Assembly (NCBI GenBank): GCA_964346935.1
Contig: CAYFXP010000190.1
Span: 1 to 44,645 of the forward strand
Reading direction: 5' to 3'
From: an uncultured Syntrophobacterales bacterium
GTDB lineage: Bacteria; Desulfobacterota; BSN033; WVXP01; G020346125
DNA length: 44,645 nucleotides
Part shown: positions 26,306 to 33,571 of the stretch, piece by piece
Layout of the letters: every line of letters begins with the position of its first letter
Position numbering within the stretch: position 1 is the first letter of the stretch
Translations under genes and position numbers: made by a program
Notes under the pieces: model-generated
What the model saw: only the letters and a program-made list of their open reading frames with translations
Database searches by the model: none
Told to the model about the DNA's origin: nothing

Positions 26306-27567
26306 CGAGGCGCTAAGAATCTCCTCATATCCCTGTCGTAGAGAAGGGTCAAAAGGGTTAAAACCCTGCCAAGCACGGGACCAGGATCCTGCCGGGAGAT
26401 TATATCATAGCAGGTATTCTGGTTGAAGAAATCGAAAAAAGGGGGGGAGAGGTGAAATCGGTTTGGGCTTCGGAAGAAGTGGAAGAGATCCCCGGGAAGC
26501 AGCCAGCGGCAACGTAGACCAACCTCATAGTTAAGGACCGGCTCGAAACGTTCCCCTTTCGCCATTCGGTATATGAGATAAGGGAAATCCACCCCGGAGG
26601 AAATAGCTAATTGCAGGGATCCCCAGAACCTGGGATTCACCTCCATCAGCTTCGGGGTATTATCCCTTGGATCCATTTTGAACTCCACCATGGCCACACC
26701 GAACCAATCCAGGGCCCTGAGTAGCGATAGCCCCAGCTCCAAGAGCTCGGGGTGTAAAACCGACTCCCGTAGAGTACTAGGGCCACCACTGATGGGATAT
26801 TCCCTCAATCTACGATGGACGAAGGCCGCCTTCACCTTTGAATCCTCATCGAAAAGGGCCGATATTCCGAAGGAATCCCCCTCCCGGGGAATACGCTCCT
26901 GAACCAGGGGAAGGGGATACTTTTGGTGAGCTGCCAGGTAGGCTGCTAAAAGGTCTTGCCCTTCGTTGACGTAACGAACTCCAAAGGCCCCGGACCCTAT
27001 TCGTGGCTTAACGACGGCCGGAAACCTAAATCGGCTGGCCTTAACCTCTTCGGGAGTTCTGAAGAAGAAGGTCCTTGGACAGGGAATTCCCTTTTTCATG
27101 GCGAATTTCAGCAGCTTTTCCTTATCCCGGACGAACTGGATCTTTTCATAGGGTGCAACGGGCAGGAACGCGAGGCCATCAAAGAGGTCCCGATGCCGTG
27201 CCAGCAGCAGCAGGGTGACCTCCTCCATTGGAAAGATTGCACAGTAACCCCTCGCAAGCTCCCGGCGCAAATAAGTAAGAAACCCATCGGGATTCCTGAT
27301 GGGAGAGGGATATATGACCCGTCGTGAGCAGTATCTGGAGAAAAAGGACGTTGCGATAGCCGTGCTTTCGCCAACGGTCACCCGGATCCCTTTCCTCCCG
27401 AGCGAACGAACGACCGCTAACGTCTTTCTCCAATGTCCATCGGTAACGAAAACCCGCATCTCCCTCGTCAGGGAGGGAATTCCAGCTTCCCCCATTATCT
27501 CGACGAAAAGGGAAAGGAGACCCTGGAGTGAAAAAAATCTAAGCTCATGGGTCTCCCGTGGCGGCAT
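26302..27567 (-). CDS. ATP-grasp domain protein (carboxylate-amine ligase-like)
   Basis: MRVFVTDGHWRKTLAVVRSLGRKG pre-ATP-grasp Rossmann segment, FPAVVKPRIGSGAFG, and EFKMD...PKLMEVNPRFWGS. The start is ambiguous: ATG 27567 (4 nt after the upstream stop) or ATG 27459 (after GAGGGAG). Confidence 0.8.
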   Translation of the reverse strand: MPPRETHELRFFSLQGLLSLFVEIMGEAGIPSLTREMRVFVTDGHWRKTLAVVRSLGRKGIRVTVGESTAIATSFFSRYCSRRVIYPSPIRNPDGFLTYLRRELARGYCAIFPMEEVTLLLLARHRDLFDGLAFLPVAPYEKIQFVRDKEKLLKFAMKKGIPCPRTFFFRTPEEVKASRFRFPAVVKPRIGSGAFGVRYVNEGQDLLAAYLAAHQKYPLPLVQERIPREGDSFGISALFDEDSKVKAAFVHRRLREYPISGGPSTLRESVLHPELLELGLSLLRALDWFGVAMVEFKMDPRDNTPKLMEVNPRFWGSLQLAISSGVDFPYLIYRMAKGERFEPVLNYEVGLRCRWLLPGDLFHFFRSPNRFHLSPPFFDFFNQNTCYDIISRQDPGPVLGRVLTLLTLLYDRDMRRFLAPR

Positions 27568-27570
27568 GGA

Positions 27571-27867
27571 TCAGTAGGTGATGGAGAACCGGTCGAACTC
27601 CCCGAGATACTCCCCCCAATCGGTATCGACCCTTTGGACGTAAGCACCTGGGGGCCCCTTACGACACCATTCGATCATCTCCTTAACCCTATCTTGGTCC
27701 CCTTCGAAGACCGCCTCCACCGCTCCATCCCACCTATTCTTTACCCACCCGAAGACGCCGAGCTGCTTGGCCATCTCCTGCGTACTATAGCGAAAGAAAA
27801 CGCCATGTACTCTCCCCCTTACAATGACCCGGGCTCTAACCTTTTGCGTTTCCTTCCCCTTTTCCAT
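27571..27867 (-). CDS. Acylphosphatase
   Basis: 98 aa with VRARVIVRGRVHGVFFRYSTQEMAKQLGVFGWVKNRWDGAVEAVFEG, the classic V.G.VQGV.FR / GWV.N signature. Confidence 0.85.
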   Translation of the reverse strand: MEKGKETQKVRARVIVRGRVHGVFFRYSTQEMAKQLGVFGWVKNRWDGAVEAVFEGDQDRVKEMIEWCRKGPPGAYVQRVDTDWGEYLGEFDRFSITY

Positions 27868-27918
27868 CCGGCAAACCCTATGGAAAACTGTAAGAATTGT
27901 CTTATGGTAGTGTCCAAA

Positions 27919-27947
27919 AAATTAGCACAGGCCCTCATAAAAAGCAA
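27919..27947 (-). promoter_or_regulatory. Possible promoter of the long minus-strand gene train (TTGCTT-17 nt-TAATTT)
   Basis: The minus strand reads TTGCTT (27947-27942), a 17-nt spacer, then TAATTT (27924-27919). This is ~50 nt upstream of the acylphosphatase ATG. The match is weak. Confidence 0.25.
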
Positions 27948-28034
27948 ACTCAATGATCCTCGTGTTTGCTGAGCTTGAGGACCGAGTGAACCCGTTGCCC
28001 CTGAGCGAAATCTGCTGGAAAAGTGGGGGCCATC

Positions 28035-28151
28035 CACATGGAGTGATGGAATAGTGGAAAAGTGGAGTACTGGCTAGAAAAATCGAAAGGCATTGACCTT
28101 TTTTTCTCCCCCCTCAGCCCATCATTCCAGTATTGCATCATTCCAATATTC
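28035..28151. repeat. Inverted array of ATTCCA-type short repeats in the divergent control region
   Basis: The plus strand has CATCATTCCAGTATTG (28120-28135) followed by CATCATTCCAATATTC (28136-28151). The minus strand of 28041-28073 reads CCAGTACTCCACTTTTCCACTATTCCATCACTC. The two blocks face each other across ~45 nt. Confidence 0.5.
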
Positions 28152-28237
28152 CAGGGAAGGTCCCTGGGATCGTCTATGACCAATAGGTTACAGAAATCCT
28201 GCCAATAAAAATCAAGCAACTCCGGGTCATTAATTTC

Positions 28238-28267
28238 TTGAAAAGAAAATTTGAATTCTTATATAAT
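28238..28267 (+). promoter_or_regulatory. sigma70-like promoter TTGAAA-18 nt-TATAAT for the 1407-aa gene
   Basis: TTGAAA at 28238-28243 and a perfect TATAAT at 28262-28267. It lies ~80 nt upstream of ATG 28345, with GAGGA at 28332-28336. Confidence 0.5.
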
Positions 28268-28344
28268 CATGCATTATATCTGCTCGTTATTTCCATTTGT
28301 GGGTAGATCCCTAATGAGATAAGGAACTTACGAGGAACAAACAC

Positions 28345-31300
28345 ATGGACGGGTTCTATTTAGGCATCGACGTCGGATCGGTGAGTGCCAACACGGTTAT
28401 CTTGGACAGCAATCGACTGGTCGTTGAGGAGCACTACACGCGGACTAGGGGACGTCCGCTGAGGGCTGTCAAGACAATCCTAGAGGAAATAGTGGATCGC
28501 ATTCCTATGGAGCGGTTTCAAGCGATTTCCCTGACGGGAACGGGGGGAAAACTGCTGGCTGAACTCCTGGGCGGGATGTTCATCAACGAAATCATGGCAC
28601 AGGCTAAAGCGGTCTCCTCCCTCTATCCCGAAGTACGAACGATAATCGACGTGGGAGGCGAGGACTCCAAACTTATTCTCGTCGACTACGAGGGAGGGGA
28701 CGGGCATTTCAAGATCAACGATTTTGCCATGAACACCCTCTGTGCAGCGGGAACGGGCTCCTTTCTGGATCAACAGGCCAGCCGGCTGGGGCTCACTATC
28801 GAGGAATTTGGGCAGCTGGCCTTGAGGTCGGAGAATCCTCCCCGTATTGCGGGTAGGTGCAGCGTCTTCGCAAAATCGGATATGATCCATTTGCAGCAGA
28901 TTGCCACGCCCGACTATGACATCGTGGCCGGCCTCTGTTTCGCCCTGGCCAGGAATTTCAAGAGCAACATCGCAAAGGGGAGAACGCTTATAAAGCCCGT
29001 CTCGTTTCAAGGAGGTGTGGCCGCTAATCTGGGGATGAGGAGGGCTTTCCAGGAGGTCTTGGATTTAGCTGAGGGAGAATTGATCATCCCGAAATACTAC
29101 GCCTCCATGGGGGCCATCGGGGCCGTGTTGATGACCATGGAGGATCAGGCCTCTGATCGGCACTTCATGGGCATCGAGCGGCTTGAAGACTACCTCAACC
29201 ATCACCGGGAGTCTAGGGCGAGCCTCGAAAAACTCTCCCTATCAGAGAATTACCTGAAGACGGGTGAAAAGGGAGCACCCACTCCCCTTCAAGGGAAAAG
29301 GATCGATGCATACCTTGGCTTGGATGTGGGTTCCATCAGTACCAATCTCGTAGTCATCGATGAGAATGAAAACGTGCTCTCGAAGCGATACCTCATGACG
29401 GCGGGCAGGCCCATCGAGGCCGTGAGGATAGGCCTCAAGGAGATCGGAGAGCAAATCGGAGACCGGGTCAACATAAAGGGTTGTGGAACCACAGGATCCG
29501 GAAGGTATCTCACCGCTGATTTCGTGGGGGCGGACATCGTCCGAAACGAGATTACGGCTCAGGCAACGGCCGCGGCACGCATTGACCCCCACGTCGATAC
29601 CATTTTTGAAATCGGTGGACAGGATTCCAAATACATTAGCCTCGAGAACGGCGTCGTCGTGGACTTCGAGATGAACAAGGTATGTGCTGCCGGAACTGGT
29701 TCCTTCCTGGAGGAGCAAGCGGAAAAGCTGGATATCTCCATCAAGGAGGAATTCGGGAACCTCGCCCTCGATGCCCCTGAGCCCATCAGGATGGGGGAGA
29801 GGTGTACGGTCTTCATCGAGTCGGATCTGGTTCACCATCAGCAACGAGGTGCCAAGACCGACGACCTCGTGGCTGGACTGAGTTACTCCATCGTCCAGAA
29901 TTACCTCAACCGCGTGGTAGGTGAAAAACGCGTAGGGGATCACATCTTCTTCCAAGGTTGTACAGCCTTCAACAGGGGGGTCGTAGCCGCCTTCGAGCGG
30001 TGGCTCGGAAAGGATATCGTCGTTCCCGAGAACCACGATGTTACCGGGGCCATCGGGGTGGCCATCCTGGCAAAGGAGGAGAGGACCTGGGAGGAGAGCA
30101 CGTTTAAAGGATTTGACCTCAGCGAAAGGAAATATGAACTCACCACCTTCGAATGCAAGGGCTGCTCCAATATGTGCCTCATCCGGAGGGTGAGCGTCGA
30201 GGGGGAGAAGCCCCTCTTTTACGGGAGCAGGTGCGAGAAGTACGATGTCATCAAGAGGAGCCGGGGAGAGAACGTGCCCGATATCTTCGCCGAGAGGGAA
30301 GAGCTGCTGTTCGCCCCCTATGAGGGGGAGGAGGACCTCCCCGAGGATGCTCCGGTAATCGGCATTCCCAGGATTCTGCACTTCCACGAGCTCTTCCCCT
30401 TCTGGAAGGCATTTTTGACGGAGTTGGGCTATCGAATCGTGCTTTCAGACCCCACCAATAAAGAGCTCATTCGAGAAGGGGTTGAAACCATTGTGGCCGA
30501 GACCTGCTTTCCCATCAAGGCGGCACATGGCCATGTGCTCAACCTCCTGAAGAAGGGGATCAAGGATATCTTCATCCCCAGTGTCATCAACATCGAATCT
30601 CCCGACCCCGAAATCGAGCTTACCCAGACCTGTCCCTACATCCAATCCTTTCCCTATGCGGCGAAATCCTCCATCGACTTCAACGGGTATGGAGCGAAGG
30701 TCCTTCAGCCCATCATCCATTTCGGGTGGGGGAGAGACCAGGTGGAAAGGGAATTGGTTCGGTTTGGAAGGCAGTTGAAACGCAGCGCCTCCAAGGTGAG
30801 GAAGGCCTTCGAAAAGGCTAAGGCAAATCAGAAGAAGTTCTACGGGGCGCTGATCAAGAGGGGACGGGAAATTGTGGAGGGGTTGAAACCGGGGGAGAAG
30901 ATAATGGTTATCGTGGGGCGACCGTATAACAGCTGTGATTCCGGAGTCAACCTCGAGGTTCCCAAGAAGCTCAGGGAGATGGGCGTACTGGCGCTGCCCA
31001 TGGACTACCTGTCCCTGGATTTGGCCTCTCGCAAAGAAGGGATAAAGGAGATGTACTGGCGCTATGGGCAGAAGATCTTGAGCGCTGCCCATCTCATCAG
31101 GGAGAATCCAAACCTCTCTGGGGTTTTCATCAGCAACTTCGGCTGTGGGGCGGACTCCTTCATCCTTCACTTCTTCAGGGATACGCTGAGGGGGAAACCC
31201 TTTTTGCAATTGGAGATCGATGAACATAGCGCCGATGCCGGGGTGATCACCCGGTGTGAGGCCTTCCTGGATAGCCTGAAACACGCCAGGGAACCGGCAA

Positions 31301-32568
31301 AGGAAAAAGTCAGGAGACCGTTAAAGACCGATACCACCAGTAAGATCTACATCCCGTACATGTGCGATCACTCCTACGCCGTGGCGGCTGCGTTTGAGGC
31401 CTGTGGAATCTCGGCTGATGTATTTCCCGAATCCGACGAGGAGACCCTTTTCTGGGGGAGGAAGATGACCTCCGGCAAGGAGTGCTATCCCTGCACGCTC
31501 ACCACTGGGGATATGGTGAAGCTCGTGAGCAACCCTCAGTTCGACCGGGATAGAGCGGCGCTATTTATGCCCTCGGGAAATGGCCCCTGTAGGTTTGGAC
31601 AGTACAACCGCTTCCAGCGCATCGTCCTCGATGAACTCGGATTTGAGGACGTTCCCATCTATTCGCCAAATCAGGACGAGACCCTCTACACCGATTTGGG
31701 AGTGATGGGGTCCAGGTTCACCCGATTGGGGTGGCAGGCGATTGTCGCCGTGGATCTGCTCATAAAAAAGCTCCTTGAGACCAGGCCATACGAAAGGAAT
31801 GAGGATGAAACAGATAGGGTATACCGAGAGTGCCTCGATTTGGTCTGCGAGGCCATCAAGAATGAGGATGATTTGGAACAGGCATTAGCGGAAGCCCGGA
31901 ATAGGCTTAATGGAATTGCGGTGGAGGCCCCAGGCGCAAAGCCTCTGATCGGAATCGTCGGGGAGATTTACGTGCGCTCCAACCGATTCTCCAATGAGGA
32001 CGTGATCCGAAAGATCGAACAGTTCGGCGGGGAAGCATGGCTTTCACCTGTCTCGGAATGGATCCTGTATATTAACGCCATGGGCAAGAGGCACAGCCTG
32101 AGGCACAAGAGCTTCTCCACCCTCTTGAGGATCTTCCTCACCGACTACTACCAGAGAAAGGACGAACATCGCCTGACAAAGGTCTTCAAGGGACACCTCA
32201 GAAACCTGCATGAGCCGACGGTAAAATCGATCCTGCGACAGGCAAGGCCCTATCTGCACGATTCCTTCGAGGGGGAGGCGGTCTTGAGCGTGGGTCGCAC
32301 CGTCGATTTCGCCGATTCGGGGTGTAGCGGAATAATCAACGTCATGCCCTTCACGTGCATGCCGGGTACAATAGTGAGCGCCATCCTGAAACGATATCGG
32401 GAGGAGAGCAACAACTTTCCCGTCCTCAACATGGCCTATGATGGCCAAGAACAGACCAACACCCTCACCCGCATTGAGGCCTTCATGTACCAGACTAAAC
32501 AGTACCAGGAAAGGAACCTGCTCAACAGCCGGAGGACTGCAGCACTGCAACACCGCAGCACCGGATAG
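28345..32568 (+). CDS. Giant fused protein: two BcrAD/HgdC-type ATPase domains plus two HgdA/B-like (DUF2229-type) domains
   Basis: Domain 1 has YLGIDVGSVSANTV, NTLCAAGTGSFLDQQ and AGRCSVFAKSDMIH. Domain 2 has YLGLDVGSISTNLV, NKVCAAGTGSFLEEQ and GERCTVFIESDLVH, followed by FECKGCSNMC...SRCEKYD. Next come FISNFGCGADSF...LEIDEHSADAGVITRCEAFLD, and then NVMPFTCMPGTIVSAIL...MAYDGQEQTNTLTRIEAFMY. Confidence 0.92.
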   Translation: MDGFYLGIDVGSVSANTVILDSNRLVVEEHYTRTRGRPLRAVKTILEEIVDRIPMERFQAISLTGTGGKLLAELLGGMFINEIMAQAKAVSSLYPEVRTIIDVGGEDSKLILVDYEGGDGHFKINDFAMNTLCAAGTGSFLDQQASRLGLTIEEFGQLALRSENPPRIAGRCSVFAKSDMIHLQQIATPDYDIVAGLCFALARNFKSNIAKGRTLIKPVSFQGGVAANLGMRRAFQEVLDLAEGELIIPKYYASMGAIGAVLMTMEDQASDRHFMGIERLEDYLNHHRESRASLEKLSLSENYLKTGEKGAPTPLQGKRIDAYLGLDVGSISTNLVVIDENENVLSKRYLMTAGRPIEAVRIGLKEIGEQIGDRVNIKGCGTTGSGRYLTADFVGADIVRNEITAQATAAARIDPHVDTIFEIGGQDSKYISLENGVVVDFEMNKVCAAGTGSFLEEQAEKLDISIKEEFGNLALDAPEPIRMGERCTVFIESDLVHHQQRGAKTDDLVAGLSYSIVQNYLNRVVGEKRVGDHIFFQGCTAFNRGVVAAFERWLGKDIVVPENHDVTGAIGVAILAKEERTWEESTFKGFDLSERKYELTTFECKGCSNMCLIRRVSVEGEKPLFYGSRCEKYDVIKRSRGENVPDIFAEREELLFAPYEGEEDLPEDAPVIGIPRILHFHELFPFWKAFLTELGYRIVLSDPTNKELIREGVETIVAETCFPIKAAHGHVLNLLKKGIKDIFIPSVINIESPDPEIELTQTCPYIQSFPYAAKSSIDFNGYGAKVLQPIIHFGWGRDQVERELVRFGRQLKRSASKVRKAFEKAKANQKKFYGALIKRGREIVEGLKPGEKIMVIVGRPYNSCDSGVNLEVPKKLREMGVLALPMDYLSLDLASRKEGIKEMYWRYGQKILSAAHLIRENPNLSGVFISNFGCGADSFILHFFRDTLRGKPFLQLEIDEHSADAGVITRCEAFLDSLKHAREPAKEKVRRPLKTDTTSKIYIPYMCDHSYAVAAAFEACGISADVFPESDEETLFWGRKMTSGKECYPCTLTTGDMVKLVSNPQFDRDRAALFMPSGNGPCRFGQYNRFQRIVLDELGFEDVPIYSPNQDETLYTDLGVMGSRFTRLGWQAIVAVDLLIKKLLETRPYERNEDETDRVYRECLDLVCEAIKNEDDLEQALAEARNRLNGIAVEAPGAKPLIGIVGEIYVRSNRFSNEDVIRKIEQFGGEAWLSPVSEWILYINAMGKRHSLRHKSFSTLLRIFLTDYYQRKDEHRLTKVFKGHLRNLHEPTVKSILRQARPYLHDSFEGEAVLSVGRTVDFADSGCSGIINVMPFTCMPGTIVSAILKRYREESNNFPVLNMAYDGQEQTNTLTRIEAFMYQTKQYQERNLLNSRRTAALQHRSTG

Positions 32569-32621
32569 CTTCGCGCATGGAGTTCATTTTCGCGTCTCCC
32601 CGAGGATACCACCCCGCCTCG

Positions 32622-32990
32622 TTACACCCAAGATAAGATGGCCATCCCCAGGACGACTATGATGAGCCCCCAGAGTCGATACGTCCGATCCTGAGCCGAA
32701 TTGAGCCACCAGTTGAGCAATGCCTCTGTTTGAGCGTGGGGGGCCAACAGGAGGTAGATGCCCTTTCCGATGGCCAGAAGGCCCAGAATGAGGATAAACC
32801 AGAAGGCGGCACTTGCCTTAGCTGAGATGATTAAGAGGACTCCAACGACCATGGGAATGAATGCCAGGAACCTCGGCTTCATCTTCCCCATGAAATTCCC
32901 GAGCACACGGCGGCTCTCCTCAGTGTAAAGGATAAATAAAGTGCCCACCGCAATCCAGAACAGGGCTAGACCGTAGAGAAACCAAATCAT
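32622..32990 (-). CDS. Hypothetical 4-TM membrane protein
   Basis: Four hydrophobic helices and a strong RBS AAGGAGGATATACC before the ATG. No family recognised. Confidence 0.65.
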   Translation of the reverse strand: MIWFLYGLALFWIAVGTLFILYTEESRRVLGNFMGKMKPRFLAFIPMVVGVLLIISAKASAAFWFILILGLLAIGKGIYLLLAPHAQTEALLNWWLNSAQDRTYRLWGLIIVVLGMAILSWV

Positions 32991-33040
32991 GGTATATCCT
33001 CCTTACGTAGTATCGCACCGACCCTCTGCCTTCTTGGTCA

Positions 33041-33069
33041 TTGACGAGTTGTATGCCAATTCTTATACC
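33041..33069 (+). promoter_or_regulatory. Possible sigma70-like promoter TTGACG-17 nt-TATACC
   Basis: TTGACG at 33041-33046 and TATACC at 33064-33069. It would give a ~500-nt repeat-filled leader before the ATG at 33572. Confidence 0.3.
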
Positions 33070-33206
33070 ATCATTTCATTCTTATTTCATCCTTAATTGT
33101 AAGCGAAATTTCCGGACTTTCAGACCATGTGTTTCCGTAATCCTTTGATAATATTTTTTTTCGACCTTTGCAGGAGAATACCACCGTCCCTTCGCTTCAG
33201 TGCTTT

Positions 33207-33335
33207 CTGGTCTGTTGCCCGAATTCCCCTACACTCACTGAAAATAATTTTGGACCATTCTAAAGTTCGGTTCACTGCAAACCCAAAACTCGCCCTTCGG
33301 GCTCAGACAGATGGATTTGCTGCCGTTTCGCTTCC
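33207..33335 (+). repeat. Copy of the dispersed repeat family (arm plus interior)
   Basis: CTGGTCTGTTGCCCGAATTCCCC...GAAAATAATTTTGGACCATTCTAAAGTTCGGTTCACTGCAAA...GCCCTTCGGGCTCAGACAGATGGATTTGCTGCCGTTTCGCTT. By eye it is ~80% identical to the reverse complement of 6445-6598. Confidence 0.6.
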
Positions 33336-33432
33336 CCATTGCTCCTGCGAGTCGCTCATGAACGCTGGTGTACTCCTTAGACTCCGGAAACTTTGCCAAT
33401 GACAACAATAGCCCGTTTCAGGGGCCAGCTTT

Positions 33433-33485
33433 CAAGGGGCTCCTGCCGAAAACCCATTTCAATCACCGAAAAGAATTTTCCCCAA
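33433..33485 (+). repeat. Short copy of the repeat arm
   Basis: CAAGGGGCTCCTGCCGAAAACCCATTTCAATCACCGAAAAGAATTTT compares with the reverse complement of 6552-6600, CAAGGGGCTGTTGCCCAAAACCCATTCCGCTCACCGAAAATAATTTT. Both translate to KGLLPKTH in the ORF track. Confidence 0.55.
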
Positions 33486-33571
33486 AGCTCCCATGGAGAA
33501 ATGATCCACTATTGGGTAAACTTCTAGAAATCTCCCCTGATAAAAGAAAGGGGCTTCGAAAGGAAGAAGAA

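Noticed and set aside
27950-28219. 89-aa minus-strand ORF in the divergent intergenic region
   Set aside because: Its sequence (..MMQYWNDGL..QYSTFPLFHHSMW..) is simply the ATTCCA-type repeat array read in frame. There is no RBS.
29242-31284. Long minus-strand ORFs (381 aa and 279 aa) antisense to the 1407-aa gene
   Set aside because: These are shadow ORFs typical of GC-rich coding DNA. The translations are motif-free and P/G/L/E-rich, while the plus-strand frame carries unmistakable ASKHA and HgdB-like motifs.
33127-33571. 91-aa ORF 33127..33402 and the first 68 codons of the 33368..34453 track ORF
   Set aside because: Both are translations of the dispersed repeat copies; the same KGLLPKTH peptide is produced at the apbE 3' end. 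The ATG at 33572 has an RBS and begins the conserved part.
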